Assembly: GCA_910592345.1 (NCBI GenBank)
Contig: CAJVPI010000286.1
Span: 1-36,752 of the forward strand
Length of the DNA: 36,752 bases
Direction of reading: 5' to 3'
Source: Paraglomus brasilianum
Taxonomy: Eukaryota
The position numbers and the translations under genes were made by a program. Under the pieces are notes generated by a model. That model was not told the DNA's origin and did no database searches. It was given only the letters and a program-made list of their open reading frames with translations. Shown one piece after another: positions 11,728 to 21,372 of the stretch (its first letter is position 1; every line of letters begins with the position of its first letter).

Positions 11728-11881
11728 GGGATGCAATCATTTCGTCGACAATCATTTCACCGACAATCATTTCACCGACAAATCTTCACCAACATTATAT
11801 CGAAGTTATCCTTTTTTGGTAGTTAATTGTCGGTGAAATGTACTGTCGACGAAATGATTGTCGATGAAATAATACGGACCC
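11728..11881. mobile_element. 154-bp Mutator-like MITE
   Basis: GGG...CCC termini; perfect 9-bp TSD AGAGACTAC (11719-11727 and 11882-11890); 15-bp ATCATTTC(G/A)(T/C)CGACA repeats tandem on the left and inverted on the right. Confidence 0.9.
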
Positions 11882-11889
11882 AGAGACTA

Positions 11890-12286
11890 CCGTATTTCAC
11901 GGACTGAAGTACCAGTGGTATTTTACAGAACCCTGTTATACCATGGGATACTATACACTTTGATCGGATAGTGTATACTAGGGGGGAATACTATGATAGG
12001 ACTATGTAAATGCATCTTACGAAACACGAATAAAATTTGCAACATTTTGCTTGCTTTAATATGAGAAAAATAATTCGAAAGACACGTATTACATGTAAAC
12101 AGCGTCGTTCTTGGTGTTTTAGAGAGGAATACATGGTGATATAATAAGCACGTTTAATAATAAGCGCTGTACCATGGTACTTTACAAGTATTTCGTGTAA
12201 CAACCCGATCATAGTACCATGGTATTTTACATTCCATTGATGGTATTATGCTAGGGGGGGGGAGTACTTTAGTCCGTGAAATACGG
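11890..12286. mobile_element. 397-bp MITE with CCGTA termini (pogo-like, TA target site)
   Basis: 23-bp TIR CCGTATTTCACGGACT(G/A)AAGTAC with 1 mismatch; TA at 11888-11889 and 12287-12288; internal GTACCATGGTA repeats. Confidence 0.92.
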
Positions 12287-12543
12287 TAGTTATCATACAA
12301 AATCCTGCAACCAAACTTCGGTAACGGAATAACGAGGTTTACTATTAAAATTCGTAATAACGATCAAATTTAAATATTGAAAAAAAAGGGGGGAGGAACA
12401 CTGCTTCGGTATAACAAAAATTCGTTATAATAATAACGCATTTCGTTATAACGGGGTTCGACTGTATATCCTTTTTAGTCACATCACGTGAACAAAGTAT
12501 TTAATTATAATAGTTAATTAATATCAACTTTCTAAGAGAAACC

Positions 12544-14912
12544 ATGACGACTATTGAAAAACTTGAACAAGCGTTACAGAAGTCGGCAGTGGAGCTGAAC
12601 AAGGCGAATGTGGCGTTGGAGAGGTTTCAGAACGGGAAGTATGGAGGAAAAATGCTGACCGAGTTGACGGAAAAAGAGACGAAACGAACCATTGATGGCA
12701 GAGAGAGGCAATGGCTGGATGACTTGAAGAAGAAAGACCAGGAATTGCGGGACGCCGTGACGCAGTGCAGAAACATGTGGGCGAATCTTTCAGAAGATCT
12801 GCGCCAAACGAGAGCTCAGACAGGTAACGACTTTGTGACTCGGGCGTTGGGACGTAGAGTAGTGTGTACCTTGCCGATCAATTAATAAAACATATGAAAA
12901 ATCTTTTTTTTTTATTCTAAAATCTCGATTGTACGTATTTACTATGTGAATCACAATGATTTAGGTACCGTTGTGAAGCTAATTGATTGTATTTTTCGAA
13001 AAAAATAGTGATATGTTCAGTTCCGTTATCGTACTAAAGCAGCTGTTCGATGAAGTGATAACATGTATGTTACACGTATGAAAATGTATAGATACCGCGG
13101 ACCGGAACTTTAGAACGATAACAGGACTGAATACATCACCATTTTTTTCGAAAAACACAACCGATTAGTTTCAAAACGGTACAAAAATCATTGCGATTAC
13201 ATAGTAAAAACGCACAAGAGAGAAAAGATTTTTAATATGTTTACTAATTGATCGGCAAGCTGAGTATGGGCTGTAATACACGTATTAGTTGTATTAGGAA
13301 ACCGTTACAACATATTAATATAGCTTTGTTCATGATTCTGTACCTAAAATATACACATGGTACGTACGGTTTTAATAGAGAATAGTTCGAATGCTGTTGT
13401 TGCATGCATTATATGTTTGGTCTCCTACACATATTAGGGTCATAGGGGGTATCACGCTTATTGAGAGTCATTCATACATCCCATTGTTGGGACAGTTTTC
13501 GTTTCCATCACATTTTTATTTTATCTCTTGATTTATCGACTAATATCCTCTTCATTACAGCATTAATAAGCCAAGATCAGTTTCTGTCGGAAATTCTACC
13601 ACCTATACGCTATATTGAACAATTAAGTTCGAATACAACACACAAAGGTTTTGATGGACCCAAAATAATATCTTCATGGATCGATTATTTCACGGAAGTT
13701 AATAATTTTGACTTTGAAAAAGAAGCAAAATACAATAAGCCTGCTTTCGTAGACATGGCTTATGTGGTTCGCGAAACTGATGTTCAGAACGCTTTACAGA
13801 CGAACGTTTTATTTAATCTGAACGTTGTCTTGAGAAACGACGGTATTGTGTTCAGGTCACCTTCCGGTTCAGACATGGACGGTCCGGGTTTATCAGACTT
13901 TGTTGCAAAAAGAGAAAGTACTACCATTCTTGTAATCGAAGTCAAGAAAAAAAGTGGTTTGCCTATTTATATTGGTAGGGATTCATCTGTGGAATTTTTT
14001 CAGAATCATTCGAGAGGGAAATGTGTCATCTCACAAGCATTTAGCTATATGGTCGAGAATAATCTTTTATATGGAATAATTACAACATACGATCACAATT
14101 GGTTTCTTCAGAGAGAAGGAGATAATCACGATCAAATATTGATTTCAGAGGCTCTATCTTTTAACAATAATAATCCGACGGTGTTAAAAGCATATGCTTA
14201 TCTAGCCCTACGGGCGAAACAAAATCATTGTCTTCCGAATCCTAACCTTATATCTATACCAAACACTATACCTCAGTCCGGATACCTCACTCGTTCAGCT
14301 AATAGAAGTCAAAACCAACAACCTCTAGGGGAGTCACAATCATATTCTTTAATGACACAACAATCATCATCGGGCCAATTTCAAAATTTTCAACAAAGCG
14401 ATTTTAGCAATAAGACTTATCTAGGTTATGGAAGATGTGGGAAAACGTTCCGATGTGATTTTCAGGGTTATGATCTAGCCTTAAAAGTTACTGATTTATC
14501 GAAGAAAAAAGGTCTTCTACCTGAATTGATGCAGGAGCTGGAGGTCTATTGCATTCTCAAGGACATCCAGGGAATATGTATACCAAAATTGGTATGCTAC
14601 GGTTATCTATTGAATACACCATACTTTGCTATAGGAACGACTTTTGTTGGTAAATCGTTGGAGAAATTCAAGACTATTACCAGAATGCAAGAGCAGAAGG
14701 CTTATAAAGCATTGGATGAAATCCATAAACGCGGTGTGCTTCATAACGATATCAGAAAAGAAAATATCATTCTTTGTGATGATGGGAAGAGAATATTCCT
14801 TATTGATTTTGGAATGGCAACTTTCAGTACTGATAGAGAAAAACAACTTGAAGAAAAAATTGAGATGAAATACTGTTTAAGTGATATGATAGATGATCTT
14901 ATACTTGAGTAG
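12544..14912 (+). CDS. Crinkler-type candidate effector: N-terminal coiled-coil header + PD-(D/E)XK nuclease-like domain + C-terminal protein kinase; exons 12544-12823 and 13561-14912 (543 aa)
   Basis: The phase-1 intron G|GTAACG...TTACAG|CA joins the two ORFs in frame (1632 nt). REase-like motif SDF..LVIEVKK..QAFSYM..GIITTYD. Kinase motifs GYGRCGKTF, ALK, ELEVY, HNDIRKENII and IDFG. Confidence 0.82.
12869..13260. mobile_element. Fold-back MITE with long (~170 bp) imperfect TIRs, inside the kinase-gene intron
   Basis: CTTGCCGATCAATTAATAAAACATATGAAAAATCTTTT...TTTTTCGAAAAAAATAGTGAT...GTTATCGTACTAAAG is mirrored by 13110-13259. Same family as 16299-17174. Confidence 0.88.
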
Positions 14913-15139
14913 ATTAGCTAAGAATATGCAAGCTTATTGTTCGTTTGTTTGTTTTACACAATAAATATTGAAATAAATGCATCACATGCTTAATTGACTT
15001 TCTAGCATATGCCATAGAAATTACATGTGAAATAAATGTTACTGTATAAAAGAGTCAGCCAAGTTCAAACAAGTAGACACAAAGAAAGCATATGAAGCAC
15101 AGAAAAATTGCAAAACAATATATATAGGATTACCCGTAT

Positions 15140-15630
15140 ATGGAAAATTATAATTATAATGGTTCGACTGAATACGAAAAAGCAATACGTTTCTTAGAGA
15201 TAGGTTGTAATTGTGGCTGCTCGAAAATGATTTCGAGAGGCAAATTTGCCGAATTACGTGAGGCGTTTCAAGCCTCTCTAGATCCGAACAAGATATACTT
15301 TTAATGGCCCATAAATGGTGGAGAAATAACTGCCAGCCGACGTCTTAAAAAGAAAACGCGTACTAATATGCGACCGTTTTACTACTGAGATCGCAATACA
15401 CCTCTTTGTCAGAAAATGTATCTCAATATGTTAGGAATCGGTTGCACTCACTTTGAAATCACACCTGCCGACGAATGGTATAATACCGCGCGTTTATGGT
15501 AATGTAAAAAAAGTGACACGATGGAAAACCAAAATAACCATTGATATAACCGTTGCTACCGCCGTGAAGAATTTTATGCTGAAATACATGGATTGCCGAG
15601 TCCTGGTAGAAATGTCAATTACCAGTTTTA
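15140..15630 (+). pseudogene. Degenerate N-terminal part of a Sola-like (probably Sola2) transposase
   Basis: Frameshifted translation: GCNCGCS..FAELREAF..LCQKMYLNMLGIG..HLPTNGIIPRVYGN..AVKNF..YAEIHGLPSPGR. The PRxHGN and YAExHxLxxPGR pattern is recalled from Sola2-type transposases, not searched. Confidence 0.6.
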
Positions 15631-16059
15631 TCTAAAAAACAGAAAGAAAATAGGTTATAATTATGCAAACTCAAAAAATTAGTAAGCAAAGCCAAAGAAA
15701 AGACTAAGGAGAAATTCCAAACTTTTATTATTCAAAATAATAAGTAAATTATATGAGATTAGAATATAGAATTCTAAAAATAGCAAAGGATGACTCTTTA
15801 ACTTTTATACTAATACTGTTCTTGCTCCTCATCAAATGGTAGCTCATAATACTCTTGATAAAAAGAAATAATTGTTTAGATTCTTTGCTTCAATTTTTCG
15901 TTTCTTTCTTGGTTCATCATAAGGTGGTGTTAATGCTCGTTTATTGGATTTTATTTTTCGTTCTTCTTGATAATCTCATAAGTGATTTTTTCTTTATCTA
16001 GATATTCCTCGATCGAGAATTTGGTGCCATTTATTTTAAAAACGTATGGATCAATTTTT

Positions 16060-16298
16060 CCTTGCTTCTAATTTTTGGGATCCATGGTGGATTTAATGTA
16101 AATTAGTTTCATATTTATATTCTGTAGATAGAGGTAATCGTTATGAAAAATTAATCCATAGGTTGTACATGAGTTGTAAGCCAAAACTATGCTGCCAAAA
16201 CAAGTCTTCCCAAAATGGTATCAATCACTCAAGTTGATCTTTCAACTTAGCTCACATAGTCAAACGTTCACTTTGTCCGGTTTTGTTGCAGCATACCC
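16060..16298 (-). repeat. Terminal segment of a GGG-terminated DNA transposon (copy 2; PIF/Harbinger-like by terminus and TAA flank)
   Basis: Ends ...TTGCAGCATACCC|TAA; homologous in inverted orientation to 10366-10640; abuts and truncates the left TIR of the fold-back element. Confidence 0.75.
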
Positions 16299-17174
16299 TA
16301 AATAGTAAAACTCTTTATTTTCGAAAGTCATTATTATTTGTATTTACTATGCAAGTAACTTTACAGAAACCTGCAGTTTTTATAAATCTCTCTGTGATAT
16401 CAGAATAAGGTCACCACTGTCTAACAGGCATCATGTAATGAGATCGCCATGAGGATTCTAATTTTAGTGTATCGAATAGACCTAGCACCAAGGCATAGGT
16501 AAGACTTATTGGGGAGATGCCTTTCTCCGTGTCGGCTTGGAGTTTAATTTCTCCTCGTAGCCCATTAAATTAATAGGCTCGTGAAGATGTGCCCACGAGA
16601 TTTTGGGGATGCATGGAAATTTTACGAAGTTGAACAATCTAGCAGAATCTCGTGACAAGATCGCCAGGATACTAATAGAAATTTAGCAATTTGTTGGTGA
16701 CATCACGACGAGATGTTTGCAATATTTTCTGATTGTAAATGTCACGTGGTTATCAGCACAACGTCCTGCAAATCTCATCGAGACATTTTTAAAAAATGCA
16801 AGTTTCTGTAAAGAACAATGATTTTGGTATTTTGAAGCTGATTGATTGTACTTGTCGAAATAATGATGTTGTGTGGGGCAGTATTTCTATAAAGCGGTAG
16901 TTCAATGAAGTTGCAGTGTATAGGAATATACAATTATACATGTGTCATATCGTTCATATAGTTTTATTGTTTGGTGTAACATTCTACTATCACTTCGTCG
17001 AATTGTCCGCGTTGCCATAGAATGTATTTTAATGTATCATTATTATTTTCGACAAGTACAATCATTTGGCTTCAACACGATACCAAAATCATTGTTACTT
17101 GTATAAGAAACACAGATAATAATGACTTTCGAAAATAAAAATTTTTCATATGTTTTACTATTTAATCGACAGGG
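16299..17174. mobile_element. Fold-back MITE (CCCTG terminus), left end truncated, carrying a nested insertion
   Basis: The reverse complement of the right arm, CCCTGTCGATTAAATAGTAAAACATATG..TTTTCGAAAAGTCATTATTAT..CAAGTAACAATGATTTTGGTAT..TGATTGTACTTGTCGAAA, matches 16299-16358 + 16814-16870. Confidence 0.85.
16359..16813. mobile_element. 455-bp non-autonomous element with 2-bp TSD (CACTA/CMC-like)
   Basis: TIR CTTTACAGAAAC(C/T)TGCA.TTTTT. Host sequence CAAGT-AA|element|AA-CAATG versus the uninterrupted CAAGTAACAATG in the opposite arm shows an AA duplication. Subterminal GAGAT/ATCTC repeats. Confidence 0.85.
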
Positions 17175-17318
17175 ATTCCGGAGACTTTTGGCAGGGAAGC
17201 AAACTCGATAAATCGATCACGGTGGTTGGCACGGTAGACCGACTTATCGAAACCCGCCTGGCTAATTTATTTTATATTATTTATATAGAATAAATAAATG
17301 ACAATAAAAATAAATATA

Positions 17319-17575
17319 CAGTAAACTCTCTATAAATGCAAGCCCTCGGGGCCAAATGTTAGCATGATGTTCTTTATTAACTTCAGTCTGGAACAATTCA
17401 ATATTCCTGTTATACGGTCATGATTTTTTAATATATGTTACATATTGGTATGTATGTAATCACGTTAATCAAATTTAGAGAAATACATCTATTAGATAGG
17501 GATGCTAGGACCGAGAAAAAAAATTGCATTTAGAAGCTTATTATTATGGGGGTTATAATTATGGAGAGTTCACTG
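17319..17575. mobile_element. 257-bp CAGT-terminated pogo-type MITE
   Basis: CAGTAAACTCTCTATAA versus the reverse complement CAGTGAACTCTCCATAA (2 mismatches); TA on both flanks. Confidence 0.82.
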
Positions 17576-18103
17576 TAGAAGCGAATCGTCAGATGGAAAC
17601 CATAAATATCCATGCTCGTTTGTGTTGAAGAATTCGCTCGCTTCTTCTCAATTTCCCAATTTAATTCTCTTAATCCTAAAACCAATAAATTGTTTACTTT
17701 TATATCGTTATCCTGCTGCAATTGTTAGATACCATGAAAACCTCGTATCGCATTTATAGTTATATGTTACAACTGTGTATCAGAAATTTAATTTGACGTT
17801 TAGAATACAATTTATATTTATTTTGATATTGGCGAGGTGTATATTACGTACATAATATAATTAAAAATAGTAATTTACATATAACATGAAAGAAGGTCAT
17901 AGAAACTCATTCTAAGACGTTGATAAACATTATCCGCGAATATAATTACGTAAGAAATGATACACTGGATTACGTAATAGTAACCGGCAGAATCGACTGC
18001 CAAATATGGTTATGATCTATATTCTCATTGGTTGGAAATCTTATAATATGTTCGCAATATCAATTTTAAATCAGCGTTTTTATTTTATTTTACCGTCAAA
18101 TCA

Positions 18104-20603
18104 ATGCCATTTACGAAATCAAAGAAAAACTCGGGTCTCGGAAGAGCTATCATTCGCGACCGTTTTAAAAATGGCACTCGCCCACGTGATGGAGATACAA
18201 CTTTGGTATTTCTGTCATTAGACGTGTTAAATCGTATATTACACAATTCTCATTCCAAATAGCATACCACAGACCTAAACGATGGATCAAGCTGGACTAA
18301 ATTACAATCAGTCACTCAACAGAGAGATCTCGATGAATTCTTGGATACGGCCCAATTAGCTGGCCATTCATTTGCTGCCGGTATATAGCATGGCGTCAAT
18401 CAGCGTGTCCGAAGATGAACCCGTAATTGTTGTATTAATCGTCTTCGTATCGACTCAATCTTAGAACGCCAGAACATTAAAATCGTCACAAATACATATC
18501 AAAATCCGTTTCTCCTAACTGCTGATAAGGAGAAAGAAGTTATTACGAGGCACGAGGAGAACAGAGACAAACTAACAATACCGAGAAGGTAGTAAAATGG
18601 TTGCAAATTTAATAAAAAAGAAAGGAATAATCCAACTTACGTATATTGTCAGGCCGAAATGGACCAAGTCGACAACAGCAGAACAGCTAGAGATTGACGA
18701 AAGGGAAGCATTTCTGAATTGGCGAAGGAGTCTAGCGTAGTAAGTCTTATTATAATTTAAAATTTTGAATTGACAGCTTTTTTTTTTGCTCTCAACATAA
18801 TGGTTGACTTTTTGGTCTGGGCGTTACAGTCTACAAGAAAAGGAAGACTTCCTTCTTACCCCATTTGAGCGAAATATTGAAGTATGGCGCCAATTATGGA
18901 GAGTGATTGAACGATCAGACTTGGTCGTTCAAATAGTCGATGCGCGAAATCCATTATTTTTCAGATCAAGTGATTTGGAAAGATACGTGAAAGAGGTTGA
19001 CGAGAAAAAGAAGAATTTATTATTAATCAACAAAGCCGACTTGCTAACTGCCGAACAGAGGTAGCGTAGATCTTTTTAAGAGAACATTTATTTAATTTGG
19101 AATTCTTACTTGATATTTTTTAGACGAATATGGGCTGATTACCTCGATTCACAAGGAATAAGATATACATTCTTTTCGGCATTAATGGCAAAAGAGAAGT
19201 TAAACGAAGAGGAGGAGGAACAAGAGGAACAGGAGGAACAGGAACAGGAACAGGAACAGGAACAGGAACAGGAACAGGAACAGGAGGAGCATAAGCAGGA
19301 ACAGGATGAGCATAAGCAGGAACAAGAGCAGTTAATGTTTTTACAAAAAGAAGTTCATATCTGCGACACTTCTGATCTGATTTCTTTATTGTCGTCTGAA
19401 GTCAAAGAATTTTTAAGTGTGTAATTTTTCAATAATGCTATTGAATATTTATCATATACGTGAATATTCATTTACTAACGTTCATTGACTCTGACCAAAT
19501 AAAGCCAATTCGGAGAAGGCCACAATAGGTCTAGTTGGTTATCCCAACGTTGGAAAGTCCTCCACGATCAACTCACTTCTCGGCGAGAAACGAGTCTCAG
19601 TTTCCGCAACCCCTGGAAGAACCAAGCATTTTCAAACAATTCACCTTACGTCGTCTCTTGTCCTTTGCGACTGTCCCGGTTTAGTATTTCCCAATTTTGC
19701 CACCACTAATGCTGAAATGGTTTGTAATGGCGTCCTGCCGATTGATCAGATGAGAGAACATACTGGACCAGCTGCTTTGGTTGCGAGGAGAATACCAAAG
19801 GAAATTTTACAACCGATATATGGGATAACGATAAAGACGAGGAGTGAAGAGGAGGGTGGAGACAATATACCGACTGCTGAAGAATTATTAAGTGCATACG
19901 CCGGTAAATTACTAAAACTTGATAATGATGAGTTATATGATGTTTCAAAATGAGATAAATAACGTGATAATACACTGCAGTTGCAAGGGGATTAACAACT
20001 TCTGGATATGGAGCTCCGGATGAAGCACGGGCGGCACGCTATATTTTAAAGGATTATGTGAATGTACGCATTTTAACTTTAATTTTTGTCGCTACTGTCC
20101 TTTGGTGCTGTTCTTCTTGCTGATTGTGCCTTTTTTATTCCTGCTTTCTTTTTCTCTGACTTGAATTTGGCAATACACTTTACCAGGGCAAACTTCCATA
20201 TTGTCAACCACCTCCAATAGATATAACACCAGAAGAATTTAACAGCGAGCTTCATGATCCTCAACTATACTCCAAATCTCGGAAAGACACTACAGTTCAG
20301 CAATCTGAATTGACTGTCGCCAATTCTGCTAGATCAAGCACGCTTGCTCAAACGAGTGATAAAACAACGGCCCTAGATAAGAGCTTTTTTAGTACAGCAG
20401 CGGCTGGAGCGCATGCAAAAGGGCGTAGTTTCGGGCAAAGAGAATTCACCAGAGGTGATGCGTATCCAATATATGGAAGAATCGCAAACGATGGAAGTGT
20501 CTTGACGAATACGACACAAGCAACAGCAAAAGACTTGGGGAAAAGACATCACAAGAAGGGGAAAGGTGGTAAAAATAGGAAGGAAAATCCTTATGATGTT
20601 TAA
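18104..20603 (+). CDS. LSG1: Large subunit GTPase 1 (circularly permuted GTPase, 60S biogenesis), about 9 exons
   Basis: MPFTKSKKNSGLGRAI start; LQSVTQQRDLDEFL; TPFERNIEVWRQLWRVIERSDLVVQIVDARNPL; NKADLL (G4); GYPNVGKSS (G1); TPGRTKHFQT (G2); DCPG (G3); ARYILKDYVNGKL. Confidence 0.96.
19206..19331 (+). repeat. Coding microsatellite, core (GAACAG)8 at 19236-19283, giving a Glu/Gln tract in LSG1
   Basis: Directly visible and in frame: EEEEEQEEQEEQEQEQ...EHKQEQDEHKQEQEQ. Confidence 0.95.
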
Positions 20604-21372
20604 TTTATTGATACTGCTTTTGGACTTTAAACGTTACTGTCAATAAAAAACGCGCGCGTTCTTGTTGACAAAAAATCAGAATAATAGCGATCGAAAATTT
20701 CACGATTTTCCTTGGACGTAGTCGTGTAATAATTAGCGTGACCGTGAGCTAGTGGTTTTCTATCCGTCTTTAGTTGCGATAATTTTGACTGTCTTTCACG
20801 GCTAAAAAGTAAGTCATATTCTTTGGATAGGATATCGTTTGTTTATCATCAAATTGACATCTTAACGCTTATTGCCTGTTAAAAATAAATTCCAAGCCAT
20901 TGACTGGAAGTAGATAAACTATTGAAAGAGACAAGAAAGCCCTTTAATAATGAATCAATCATAATGCGGAAAGAGAATAATTCCATTAAGCCTTCTATAA
21001 AAAAAAAAGAGACTATTAAACTATAGTGAAATGTCCGCACCACCACCTTCAAATTTCGTGCGTGGACTTCTCATTAGATAACAAATGTTGTCCTTTATTT
21101 TTTGCAGTTTTATGTTCTCTGTTAGCAGCACCATCATTATAATTTGGTATTTTATCAGAACAATTGCATGTTCAGTCCTGTACAAGAGGTCCCGTTTGGA
21201 CTTTCCGTCTCAACAAACTGCAATCGAAAAAAAAACAAACAATTGCTGCTCGATCATAGCGAGACTGCTCGTTGAAAATTCAAAATAATGATTGATGGAT
21301 TTTAAATTAAGCTATCGTTTGGTATAATTATCTCCAACCACCCTTTGCATTAAACTTTACATAAAATACATG

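Larger units (their letters stand above)
11318..12464. mobile_element. CAGT-terminated pogo-type MITE hosting two nested insertions
   Basis: CAGTCGTACCCCTTTATAA versus the reverse complement of the right end CAGTCGAACCCCGTTATAA (2 mismatches); TA flanks. Subterminal repeats differ between the ends, so they could belong to two related elements. Confidence 0.65.

Noticed and set aside
13461..13560. ORF-track N-terminus of the 483-aa kinase ORF (TTG start)
   Set aside because: It lies in the pyrimidine-rich intron end before the TTACAG acceptor at 13560; the real start is more plausibly 12544.
14607..14868. Overlapping and antisense short ORFs in the kinase (likewise those over NTH1, TRP4, LSG1, USP, NAA25 and MDM10)
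   Set aside because: They are shadows of real coding exons or read-through into introns, with no independent motifs.
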